The notes under the pieces were generated by a model, which saw nothing but the letters and a program-made list of their open reading frames with translations, was not told the origin of the DNA and did not search any database. 64,000 nt of DNA, taken from positions 6,696,001 through 6,760,000 of the forward strand of contig JBHGNT010000005.1 of NCBI GenBank assembly GCA_043228905.1, in the 5' to 3' direction. The position numbers and the translations under genes were made by a program. How positions within the stretch are numbered: position 1 is the stretch's first letter; each line of letters opens with the position of its first letter. The DNA comes from Azolla caroliniana. Lineage: Eukaryota; Plantae; Polypodiophyta. This document shows positions 1 through 11,699 of the stretch, piece by piece.

Positions 1-2272
1 GTGGTACCACTCCACGCGGACTAAAAAATACAAACTTGTTTTGCATCCCTCAATTGTACCATAGACCCTCTACCTAGGGTAGTCAAAGTGTTGGGTTTTT
101 GAACAAAAGCCTATTCTCTCTTTCTCTTTCGTACTCCCCTTCATTGTTGTTAAAAAGAACACGCCTTGTATTACCTTTATTTTGTTTTTTTGTTTTTTTC
201 CAAAACCACCTTGTATTACCTTTAGTTTGTTTTGTTCCAAACTTGAATCATATACTTAGGAAAAGACTTTGAAATACCTATGCCTTGTTCTTTATTTTCC
301 CCTAACGCCCATAAGTATTTGTTGTTTCCCCTAATGTTGTTAGTCTAACATGAAAAAGCAATTATATGTGCTATTTGAGTAGTTACATGATTAAGTAATC
401 CACTTTTTTTCTCAATTCTATATGTGCTATTTGAGCATTTATAATGTTGATGATCTTATTCACTTTTCATCTCTTTTGACGTTGAACAGGTGCATTTGGT
501 AAAACAAAATAACATTGGGGTATTTAGGAAAATAACAAGTAATATAGAGTTTTGTTATGTATGCATAACATATTTGAGGGTAGGTCATTAATATTTATGA
601 AACATAAGTGAAGGGCATGTTCACTAATGTTAGAAAGGGACTAATATTATTGTATCGAGGGAATGATAGGTGTGTGTAATATCATGATTTTGACAACCAA
701 TGGATGGAAAATCTTTTAGAAAAGCACATCTATTCAAGAGGCATAGGAAGAAGCATAGAATGAAGTTATGAAGCATTTGCATTCGAGAATGATTTCAATC
801 AAACGTGTATGATAAATCATCTCAAAGTTGGATTGGAATTATAAGTTGGACAAAAAAATAAAGATTGGAATTTCAAAAAATCACTATGGTCTATATTATA
901 TATTGATTGAATCAAATGTCAACACAATTGAAAGTTCAAAACTTCGGAATTACTTAACTACTAAATATTAGAAAACACGAACATAAAAATCAAATAATTC
1001 AAAGACATAATTGTATTGATGATGAGCTCATCTTGCAATTATCGATGTTCTCATCTCACAACTAGTGAAGGTATCAATTTCTTCACTTTAGAACTTTACA
1101 AAAAAATGAGTATGAACTATGTATAGAGATTGAATCAAAATATGTCATTATAAAATATAATCAAATGTTCAAAAACTCATAAAACATATATTGGAGAATA
1201 TGAAGAAAACATGACACCAAAGAGAGAGAGAGGGAAAGGTGAGAAAATGAGGATTTGAACCCAAGACATACACGACAAAAGCTCGACAACTTACCACTAG
1301 GGTGAACTAAACCCTAATAATGAAAAGCCAAAAAACAAAAACAAAAAAGGAATATGTATTTCTCTTTTCAAACCTTCGTTTCCAAACGTTTGTATGGTTG
1401 CACGAACACGTTTATTACGTTCTATAAGAATTATAAATACGAGGTCTAGCTGTCCTCGTAAAACACATCATGTTAGAAGGCTGAAGTCTTGAGACACAAT
1501 AGTGCAAGCTAGGATTTCATCATGATGATCGTGTTACCTCTTACAAGGAATTGGTTATCCTAATATCCATCAATATAGGATGTCAATGGTAGGTTGGCCA
1601 TGTCTTGAACATAGCTCAGGCATGGTCGGGAGGATTAGGTTCTTCTATCCAATATATTCACCTTTCTTTTACTTCAATTTGGTCTATTGATTAATAAGAG
1701 ATTCTTAGTAAGTTACCCCTATATTTTATGACATGATTTGTGTTTTGATGTTTCCACAGACTTACAATTTATGAATAGTGCATGCATTCATTTGTATGTT
1801 TCTTGAATGAAAGAATATTGATTATCAAATGGGATTCACTTCTTTTTTACTCAAAGATCATGTCATGCTTATGTTGATAAAATCAACTTACCCCATATCA
1901 TTTCTTGTCTACTCAAATTGAAAGGCATGTGTAAGTTCATAAAGAGGATTGACTTCGTATAAATTATTTTTAACTTGAACTTCACATCATGCTCAAGTTG
2001 ATAATGTGAATTTATTGACTTAAATAATAATATTTAATAATGCTAGAAACCATTGCTCGATTTGATTACCCTAGAAAGATTCTTTAGAAGATCATTTGCT
2101 CAAATTGTTCAAAATTCAAAGTGCAAAAGAATTAATTCAAAGTTTCAAGTTAAAAAAATGCGAGATAAACTTCACTTCGGTAATTAGCAAAGATGCATAA
2201 TTATTCACTACATAAAGTGAGACAAAAGTATGAAGTTTGCATCATACACTTATAAGTTCATTGATCTACTAG

Positions 2273-2718
2273 TTAAGTATAGAATGCAATGTTGTAGTTA
2301 GTGGATCCATAGTGACAAGCATTGGTATGATAGGGCCCACTAGGAAAAAACCCTTGGCATGTAGAGGGGGATTGGACAAGACAAGATTGTGAGGCACAAC
2401 CAAAGTTGGAAGGCGTAACCTTCATACCAAGGTTGAACCCTACAAGCATTGATAAATCATAGTAGTCATTTCCCCAACCACCACCAATGGTGATCTCAAT
2501 TTGCGTGACCCTTGTGGGCGGTCCAATGTTGCATGGGCCACATCCATCTTTGATTGCACAAAGTGTTGTTGCATGCCAACTAGGTGTGGCAAACACATGC
2601 CATCCTTGGCCATGTGACAATACTTTGCAACCTCCACCCACTTCACTAGGTACCCAATACCTTGCACATATTGTCTTTGTTGCATAGTTCACGAAGTGTA
2701 GGTTTGTGCATCTCACTC
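2273..2718 (-). CDS. Small thaumatin-like (PR-5) protein, main exon; possibly a pseudogene
   Basis: The ORF contains TQIEITIGGGWGNDYYDLSMLVGFNLGMKVTP, matching the thaumatin motif (TLAEF...DFYDVSLVDGFNLPM), and a C-terminal TNYNIAF. An acceptor ttgttag|GA at 2719/2718 suggests the real exon starts at 2718 in phase 1. Confidence 0.8.
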
Positions 2719-3301
2719 CTAACAATACAAAACATTGCACCATTAATCAAAGCAAAAGTAATCAATATGTATTAATTTTGAAGGAGATTTTCAAACAAAG
2801 GAGCGAATTTAGGGTATAGTTTATGGGGAAATGTAATGCCTCAAATTTGCTACAATTTTGACATGCTAAATCCAACCATTCGGAAACAAATCCTCATTTG
2901 CAACTACTCATACTAAAAAGGAAATTATGCATGAATTTCTATCATTTGAGTGTAGTTAGTAGTTTTTGTAAGTTTGGGGTAAATAAAGGTGGCACACTCA
3001 CGAACTTGGGAAACAAATTAGTGGTTAGTTGTTCTAATAATGAGAAAAGTAGCCCCAATATAGCAATAATGAGTGAACCAACCTCAAAACCTTAGCATTC
3101 ATAGATTTATAATAATGAAAGTGCATCCTACATTGATCTCCTTAACATTAGTTAATATTTATGACAAGTTAGTAGCTAAGCTTATTCCAACACAATAACA
3201 AGCTAGTTTTCATAATTTTGAGATAAGATGGCTATGGTTTTAATTCACAAAAACTAGGGCCATGTGTGTGTGTGTTAGAGAGAGAGAGAGAGAGAGATTC
3301 C

Positions 3302-3355
3302 CATGCAGTATCACTATTAACGAAGTAGTGAAGATAGCAAGGGTTGTATTATCAT
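3302..3355 (-). pseudogene. Degenerate signal-peptide exon 1 of the thaumatin-like gene
   Basis: Encodes hydrophobic NTTLAIFTTSLIVILH-G and ends in phase 1, matching exon 2 (G|GA-VRC). The donor reads GGAATC rather than GTAATC, and the nearby ATGs are out of frame. Confidence 0.5.
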
Positions 3356-3397
3356 CTTGTTTTAATAACTAACATTGATTTTGAGAGAGAGGGAAAC

Positions 3398-4568
3398 AGA
3401 GAGCACTCAATTGGTAAGGTTGCTCAATGGAGACCAAGAAGTCACGGGTTCAACCCCTACATTCCACAATGGTATCTAGTGAATTAAGAGATATGTTTGA
3501 CGTAATAGAGAAGGAAAAAATCGGGTTTGAACCCAAGACATGGTGCTCATAGTGCAACAACTTACCATTAAACAATTAATATAGAGAGTGCTCAATTGGT
3601 AAGGTTGCCTAATGGAGACCAAGAGGTCACGAGTTCAACCCCTACATTCCACAATGGTATCTAGTAAATTAAGAGATATGTTTGAAGGAAAAAATCGGGT
3701 TTGAACCCAAGACATGGTGCTCGGTGCACAGGTAAGCTAATTACAATTAATATAGAGAGCGCTCAATTGGTAAGGTTGCCCAATGGAAACCAAGAGGTCA
3801 TGGGTTCAACTCCTACATTCCACAAGATGGTATCTAGTGAATTAAGTAAGAGATATGTTTGAACTTTGAAGTAATAAAGAAGGAAAAAATTGGGTCTTTT
3901 GAATCCAAGACATGGTGCTCGTTAACAATTGGCAACAGTTTGGTTCGGTTTGAGAGGGTTCAAACCAAACTGTTTAAAATTAAACTTGAACCAAACCGAA
4001 CCGAACCACGAAACCATTAAACCGAACCGTTAAACATTTTTCAAACCATTAAATCGTAAAAACCGCGGTTTCATGGTTCGGTTTCGGTTTTCAACATAGG
4101 TCAAATTTTTAATTTAAATTTTTTTATAATATTTCCTTATTTAAAATTTTTAAGATGTTCCTAAAATGTGAGAATAAGGTCTAAAGATGAAAAGATTGTT
4201 TAAAAAAAAATTTAAATTTTTTTTTAGAATTTAAAAAAAAAAAACCGTTAAACCGAACCGAATCGTTCAAAATTTTAATTTTTTAAAATTGATAATATTT
4301 CCTTTTTTAAAATTTTTAAAATTTTTAAAATTTTGAAGATGTTCCAAAAATGTGAGAATAAGGTCTAAAAATGAAAAGATTGTTTAAAAACAATTTTAAA
4401 ATTTTTAAAATTTTTTACAATTGTTTTTTAAAAAAATAAAAAATAAAAAACCGTTAAGCCGTTAAACCACGGTTTCGCATTTCGGTTCGGTTCAAACTGA
4501 ACCGTTGCTGATTGTTAGTGCTCGTAGTGCAACAACTTACCGCTAAGGTAAGCTAATTACAATTAATA
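3398..4568. repeat. Tandem ~170-185 bp units, each with two convergent tRNA-like halves (SINE-like); unit 3 is split by a hAT MITE
   Basis: Units start at ~3398, ~3583 and ~3754. The + half reads GCTCAATTGGTAAGG...GGTTCAACCCC; the - half reads GGTAAG...GGGTTCAAACCCGATTTTTT. Related copies lie at 1225-1310 and 5815-6040. Confidence 0.65.
3923..4517. mobile_element. hAT-type MITE family 1, copy 1
   Basis: TIR TAACAATTGGCAAC / GTTGCTGATTGTTA; perfect 8-bp TSD GTGCTCGT (3915-3922, 4518-4525); AACCG subterminal motifs. Confidence 0.9.
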
Positions 4569-4666
4569 AAGAGATAAACATCTTTTTAGATGAATAACTA
4601 ATCACAAAATGAAGAAAGACAAAAGTGATGAAGAAAAAGCCATTATTGTTTTGGCTCAAAATTGAG

Positions 4667-5175
4667 TAACAATCGACAATGGCAATGGTTCGGTTTGAAC
4701 CGAACCGAACTGCGGTTTAATGGCTTAACGATTTCAACAGTTTCGTTTGGTTTAGGTTTAGGTTTTTTAAAACGGTTCGGGTTCGGTTTGGTTTCAACAG
4801 TAAAAAACTACGGTTTAAATGGTTTAACGGTTTCTATTTTTTAATTTTTTAAATTAAATTATTTTTTAAAATTATAAAAATAATAATTATTTTTTAACAA
4901 TCTTTTCATTTTTACACCTTATTCTCACATTTTAGGAACATCTTGAAAATTTTAAAAATTCTAAATAATGAAATATTATAAATATTATAAAATTAAAAAT
5001 TAGACCTATGTTGAAAACTGAAACCGAACCACGAAACCACGGTTTTTACGGCTTAATGGCTTAACGGTTTGAAAAGGTTTAACGGTTTCAAGGTTTGGTT
5101 TAGGTTTCAAAAAATTTAAACAATTCGGTTTGGACCCTCTCAAACCGAACCGAACCGAACCATTGCCGATTGTTA
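4667..5175. mobile_element. hAT-type MITE family 1, copy 2 (inverted relative to copy 1)
   Basis: TIR TAACAATCG..CAAT / ATTGCCGATTGTTA; TSD AAATTGAG/AAATTCAG. An empty paralogous site with a single AAATTGAG lies at ~5537-5544. Confidence 0.9.
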
Positions 5176-5814
5176 AAATTCAGCACTCATTTGAATGCCT
5201 TATGGACTTATGTGGTGTTTAAAAGCATTGATGAAAAGAAGTGGCACAATGACAAATTATGTAAGGAAAGGTTGCAATGGTCCTCTTTCTTTTCTTTTCT
5301 TAACAAGTGAACTCTACTCAATTCTCACTCACTCACACTCACAAATTTTAAGGGTACAAGGAAACACAAACGATGAGTGAATATTTCACTAGTACCACCA
5401 TTAGTGTTTAGGAAATTTTAAACCTATGTTACTCCTATAAATGGGGCTATTATGTACGATTGTAAAGAGAGGTGAACAATAAAATAATGAAGAAATACGA
5501 TAGTGATGAAGAAAAAGCCATTATTGTTTTGCCTCAAAATTGAGCACTCATTTGAATGACTTCTAAACTTATGTAGTGTTTAAAAAGCATCGATGAAAAG
5601 AAGTGGCACAATGACGGATTGCGTAAGGAAAGGTTGTGATGCTCCTCTTTCTTTTCTTTTCTTAACAAGCGAACTCTGCTCAATTCTCACACTCACAGAT
5701 TTGTGTTAATTGCTTTATCTTAATATGCATATTCCTCTTGTTAATAAAAGCTTTCATATCCAAGTACTTATTAAGTTATTAGCTTATTCCTCTTAAAAGA
5801 GGTTAATCTCTCTC

Positions 5815-6006
5815 TCACTCTCTCTCTCATATTGTAATTAACTTACCTTAATGGTAAGTCTAAACTTGGTCTCCCTTGGGCAACCTTACCAACTAAGCTA
5901 CATCCATTTGGGCTCTCTCTCTCTCATATTGTAATTAGCTTACCTTAATGGTAAGTCTAAACTTGGTCTCCATTGCGCAACCTTACCAACTGAGCTACAT
6001 CCATTT

Positions 6007-6037
<31 letters not shown>

Positions 6038-6040
6038 AGT
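5815..6040 (-). repeat. Two shortened copies of the double-tRNA-like element between (CT)n tracts
   Basis: The reverse complement reads GATGTAGCTCAGTTGGTAAGG...CTTACCATTAAGGTAAGCTAATTACAAT, twice, separated by CT repeats. Confidence 0.6.
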
Positions 6041-7446
6041 GAAAACACACAATAAACAAACAAACCCACGTAGTCATAAAAGATTATGCACTAGAACCTA
6101 AAGGTTGTGGGATTCAAGTCTGAAGTAATAGGATTTCATTACAATAATCTATTATATTTTAGTTTAAGATTGTGAATGATCATAGTTCAGTCCTAAAAAG
6201 AGGACGCCACAAATCAGTAAATAGGATCTTATTATAATAAGCCTATACATCCATTTCTCTAGATATATGGCTTTTTTTTCCCCAAAAAACTCCTAGAAAT
6301 ATGGCTTTATAATCTGCCCAAATCTACAACATGACCAATGTTAAAGGGAATGCACCTCTTTATTTGGTTCCCCTGAAAATACAGCAGAACATGACCAATA
6401 CTAAGAGAATTACACACTTTATTTGGTTTCTTTAGAAATATATCATATGACATGTTTTGTTGGCACCAATTCCATGCAAAATAATGATAGCTATCATTTA
6501 CAAGTAAACATCTACTCAGAGGATTTCAAACCTCATATTGTTAATGTTATCACATTCATATTCTTCATTGTCAATAGTGCTAACATTCGGAGAGCATTCA
6601 AAACTCAACTCATGACTATTTGTAAGGTATGAAGCATCATTGTCACTAGTGATTGAAAAGGATCTACAACATATGGACATCTATTAACTATTAACCATCA
6701 AGTTCCTAAAAATGAACTCATAAATTCACTTTCCACAACACAAAGGTTATAACTTATAAACAATAGTGTTTCAATATTGACATCAAGTCTAACATGTTAC
6801 ATTCCTCAGGATCCAAAATGGTTAGTTTAGACTTGAATCACCCACAAATTAACGACTTAATTCATAAACAATTCAATTTGGCTTGGGGATTCAAGGGTTC
6901 AATTAGAGCCTTCATAAATTGATGGTTTGCATTTTACCCATATTCAAACGGTGACTTTAACAATTTGGAATAATTTAAAAAATGATATCAAATGTAACAT
7001 GTATTATAAGTTTTAACTTTGAATGTGTGCAACAATGAAATATATTCTATGTCAAGTTTTTGATGCACCATTACAATGATCAGAATTGACAAAAAAGAGC
7101 AATTGACATTATGAAAATGATCAAAATTACCTCTAGGCTTCAAGAGTCTTACTAGCACCCAACCTATGTATTAACCATACATTAATGTGCTATCATTTCA
7201 TACGAAGGGTAAATAATATAGGAACAACATGATTTACTATCAATCAATCATGTTGTGTTGCACTCACATATTGTTGCTTGTGATAACTTGCACAAAAATA
7301 AGCCCCGACACTAACAACAAACTAAGGTTACTTTCAAGATACAACACATACCACATACAAGGCCAAACATTTTAACAATAAGACAAAAAAAACAAAAAAC
7401 AAATCATTCATTGGAAATAGATTATATATGTTCACAAAAAATAGGA

Positions 7447-7707
7447 TTAATCCTCCTCCAAATTGATCGAATCTTTAAACTTCCCATATAGGATTGTCTT
7501 CAATTTAGACATTTGTCCCAATATGGCATCTTTCTCTTCCTCTAGTCGATCCATCTCCTTCTTATTTTCTTCCTTCAACGTTTCAAGCCTTTCTTCCACT
7601 TCTTCACTAGGCATATGACAAAATACCTCACCAAGTTGATACCTCACTACATCTTCATCAACTAAAATCAATTCATTTGTCGCATCTTCAAGATTTTCCA
7701 TCAATTC
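7447..7707 (-). CDS. PFD4: Prefoldin subunit 4, exon 3
   Basis: [12 protein letters not shown]...[11 protein letters not shown]...[14 protein letters not shown] is the prefoldin-4 C-terminal part; acceptor CAG at 7710-7708, phase 0. Confidence 0.95.
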   Translation of the reverse strand, partial: ELMENLEDATNELILVDEDVVRYQLGEVFCHMPSEEVEERLETLKEENKKEMDRLEEEKDAILGQMSKLKTILYGKFKDSINLEED

Positions 7708-8299
7708 CTGCATTACAGATGTCGTCATTACTCAAGCAAACAGTATGCATATGTTAACCAGGATCTAGTCAAATTGGTAAGTGCTACTTCTGTAAGTTTT
7801 TCACAGGGATAAGTATCGGTCTATGATTGGAAGCTTCTTGAGAAACAATGAAACACTTGTAAGCTTTGCATTTGCATGTTGATATAGTAGTATAAAGATT
7901 GAAATGCAACCGATTTCCCACCTTTGTGTAGACAATTATTTTCATGCCCACAATCTCAATGTCTCGAGCAAGAATAGTTATCAAGACATTTGGTGCTTCA
8001 TAGCGTTTAAGTGACTGAGAGGTGAATTCAATATATGATGACATACAAGATGAAGCCATCAAAGAGATATTACTTGATCGCAAAATACTCAAAGTTACCT
8101 TGGTTGCTCCATTGTGCTTGATAGGGACATCAAGTCTTAGATACATTGTTGTAAGTTATTGGAGAGATAGACAAATTCATTATTTTCTTTGTAAGTCAAA
8201 TAATATGAACCTATGAGACCAAAAATATAGCATTTTCACATAGTACATGTCAAAAGTGAGTAGCAACTATCGATGTTCAAGAACTTTACTAATGAATGT

Positions 8300-9110
8300 C
8301 ACAATCAAGAGTACGGATTGTGACTATGAGAGAAATTCATACAAGGATTGGGTTTGGTTGAAGATATGTGGAAAGTATAGTCTAATGTGATAAAAGGCAT
8401 AACATTGTATGAAAGTTTGATAATTAGACTCCTGAAATTGTTTAGGGCACACTATGGCAAAGTGTACATAGTTGACTACTCTCATCACTTGTGCCCCAAC
8501 ACCCCGTCTCACATCATGAGTGTGAGCTAAGTTGCATGGAAACAATAGTTTGGAGGGCAGACAACGGGATCGGCTCTAACATGTATCGATATGTACGGTT
8601 TCCCCATTCGGTGAAGAATATGGTTTTGTTGTTAAGTGCTACATGTGTAGTATGATGGGTGAAACATGAGCCTCCACATTTTTCCCATGTCATAATACAT
8701 TGGTGTTACAAAAAGGCCTCATTCCTAGAGGAATCTATTGATGCATCATGAAGAAAGTGTATTGCATCCCATTTTTAGAAAACAAAATTTTGCTTGTTTC
8801 TAATTTGATTCTAGTGAGTCAACACGAGGGACTTTATAGAACCTTAAGCATGTATTCAACAACGCTTTCTATAGCAATGATCTCAATGGGTAGTAATACC
8901 ATCTCAAGTAGGAGGGTATATGGCATTTGTTCCTTGACTTGGAAAAACATTCTAAAAAATGCTCTTGAACATTTTCAAACTCTTTCAAAGTGAACTTAGG
9001 GATGTTATGCCCTATACTTCCACCCCATAGAGCATTGGTGTCACTGAAAGTGTCGAAAAGGTATTTCTTGAGGACCCAACACTTAAGTTTTCTGTGAGTG
9101 CATGTGTTCT
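8300..9110 (-). mobile_element. Decayed LINE 3' fragment (post-RT region plus Cys/His tail) in PFD4 intron 2
   Basis: The minus strand reads ..MLYGVEV*..KEFENVQ..MPYTLLLEM..PIEIIA.., homologous to the LINE ORF at 55528-56181. Boundaries are approximate. Confidence 0.55.
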
Positions 9111-10070
9111 CAAATGCATAATATGCTCTCCTTCTGGCCTCTAAGCAACGAATACCTCAAGGCCAAGATATTTAAAGATTTTAGTGGTTTCAATGGCTCA
9201 TTATTGTACGTTATGCATGGTTTATTCTTATATTGGCTCTTCCCAAGCGTAATCTTTTTGAGAGAGAGAAAGAAAAATATATTAACATCTTTTAAGAGGC
9301 CAAAATGGCCTATAAGACCAAATAAGCGATTACATCTTAAGTGTTGTCTCATCTTTGAGAACAAATCAAAAATAAAATAAATATTACACAGTAAATATAA
9401 AAGTAAATAACATGAAAAGAAAAGAAATAAGGGAATCTGGTTTTTGGCACATGTGAGATCCTCAAGTTAGGTATATTGTAGCTTTTGTCTTTGAAAGATC
9501 TCTAGCATAGGTCAATCCAAAATGGAAATGTCTCCGGAGCGAGGGAAGCAACCTACGATGGCGGGAGATAATGGCTTTTATTTGTCGATGACAAGGGTGT
9601 TGAGGTCGTGGTACATGGGGCCGAGGCCTACGTGCACGGCAAATTGCCATTGCCCGATCAATTGTAACCCCTTTGTTATGTCCTGCTCTGAAGCCCATTT
9701 GTGTATCCCGGGGGTGACTTTTAGCATTAGGAGTGATGGGGCTAAAGAAAGTTGTGATTGTTCTTTGTGGATGAGCTTGTGTGGTTGTATTCTTCAACAA
9801 ATTTTCCCGATATCTCTTGCTCTAGCAAGAAAAGTCCTAGGCATCGTTGGTCCTCATATTCCATTACCTTGTGTAGTGGGCCAAAGCCTTGTTTAAAGAG
9901 GCAATGGTATCTCCCTCTGATTTCATAAAAGACACTACAATGACAAACATAGTGTTCTTCAGATTCCACTCCTTGATGACACAATTGGCAAATTCTCTCT
10001 TCTAGAGGTAGTCGTGTATATTTGACTACCTCAATCTGTAGCTGATGTGATGAAGTTCGCAGCTGCCCTA
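9110..10070 (-). mobile_element. LINE 3' fragment (C-terminal CCHC region and 3' UTR)
   Basis: QLRTSSHQLQIEV...RLPLEERICQLCHQGVESEEHYVCHC is a typical non-LTR C-terminal zinc knuckle. Boundaries are approximate. Confidence 0.7.
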
Positions 10071-10239
10071 TCACACTACGCAGCGCAGAGAGAAAGAAAC
10101 AAAACAAAATGTCATATTGAAGTCTGCAAAAAAATGACCGATGTGACTAAATATATGTTGGTACATCCTCAAGCAAAGGTTCATATCGAGGTGGAAAAAT
10201 GACTCCATTGGATAATTATTCCAGTAAGAAACCTTCTGC

Positions 10240-10960
10240 CACAGATTTGAGGAAATTTGGTTGCATATATTATGTGCATGTGCGTACCTCACAAGTGAAG
10301 GACAAAGCTTGATTGTAAGAGCAAGAGCGTAAGGCCTATGGATTCTATGATCCAATTGGAAAGAAGATTGTAGTTTGGTGATAGTCCATATAAGTCAAAT
10401 AATGGAAGATTTGGTCGCATATGTTATGTGCACGTGCCTCACATGTGAAGGACAAAGCTGGATAGTAAGAACAGGAGTCTAAGGCCTGTGGATTCTTTGA
10501 TCCAATTGGAAAGAAGATTGTAGTTTGATGATAGTCCATATAAGTCAAATAATGGACGATTCTAAATAATACTGTAAAAAACCCCAATGTGGAATATGGC
10601 TGGGGCTGGAATAGGTGAATCCTTAACCCAAATTGGCTTTAAAAGTAACATTCCATTCTGAGTGGACAAGTTGGCTCTACAACACTGGATTGAGTTTGTT
10701 GATTTGAGGATCAGGCAGAATGTTGTGGCAGGTCAAGGAAAATAGAAGCACAAGCATTATAAACATCATGTGGATTGAATTGACACCCTTGAAGAGGATG
10801 AGGATCCAAGTTTGATGAAGGTGGCAATGAAAGCATCTAAGTGGAAGAAGGTTACGGAGTCTGAGCTGAAGAGTATTTCAAATAATAGACACCAGGAACT
10901 TGATTGACTGCGAGTTCCTGGTTGGACAATCTCCTTCTTGTAATCTTCTTGCAAGAATAA
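10240..10960 (+). mobile_element. Copia remnant (integrase C-terminal part duplicated in tandem, start of RT)
   Basis: ~160-bp repeated FGC..YVHV..RTKLD..KAY.FYDP..KKIV-like sequence, followed by EDP..AM..KWK..ELKSI. Confidence 0.55.
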
Positions 10961-11699
10961 GAGATTGACCAGGCTATGAGGTTTTCACCTTCTAGTGTGT
11001 GATATTACTTCAAACAAGGAGCCATTAATAAACCAATTCCAACTTGGCCTATGCAATGAAATAAAGAATTTGTTCCTTACTTTTCATGAAGATCCCAAAT
11101 CCATTACAGAGGCTATTAGTAGAGCAATGTGTTGAGAAAATTGACATTTTGAGCAGCATTCTAAAAAACCAACAACAAAATATTATATCCTATATCAGTG
11201 CAAATTTTTGTCTCCGCGACATCAACCTGACCTTCAAAGTCTAATCAAGTGCCCAAACCCACTCATATTGACAGACCTACACCAGTGAATATCATGGCAA
11301 AATGTCATTATGGATCTTTGTCTGAAAAAAAGATGTGATGACATTGAGCAACCCATGTTTGTTTGTATTATGATGGTCCAAGAGATATATCGATGAATTG
11401 ACTACACAGATTGAAACGTGAAATAAGCCAAGCAAGTGCTAATGATAAACTTGATTCCAGATCTCCAGTTAGTTCTAGGGGGCTAGTAGGCCAAGCGAAC
11501 AGCCTGAGTTTGTTGGACTTGAATTTTTGAGCCAACTAGAAGATGTACAATAAATGAGTAAGTTAAACTAAAATTGGAGCCATTTGGTTGGGCAACCAAG
11601 GATATGTAGTGCTTGTTCGTAATATTGGTTTAGTGTTCCCAACACTGGCTGGCATAGTTATTGCAGCACAAGTAGAGCTTAGCACATCTAAGTACATCT

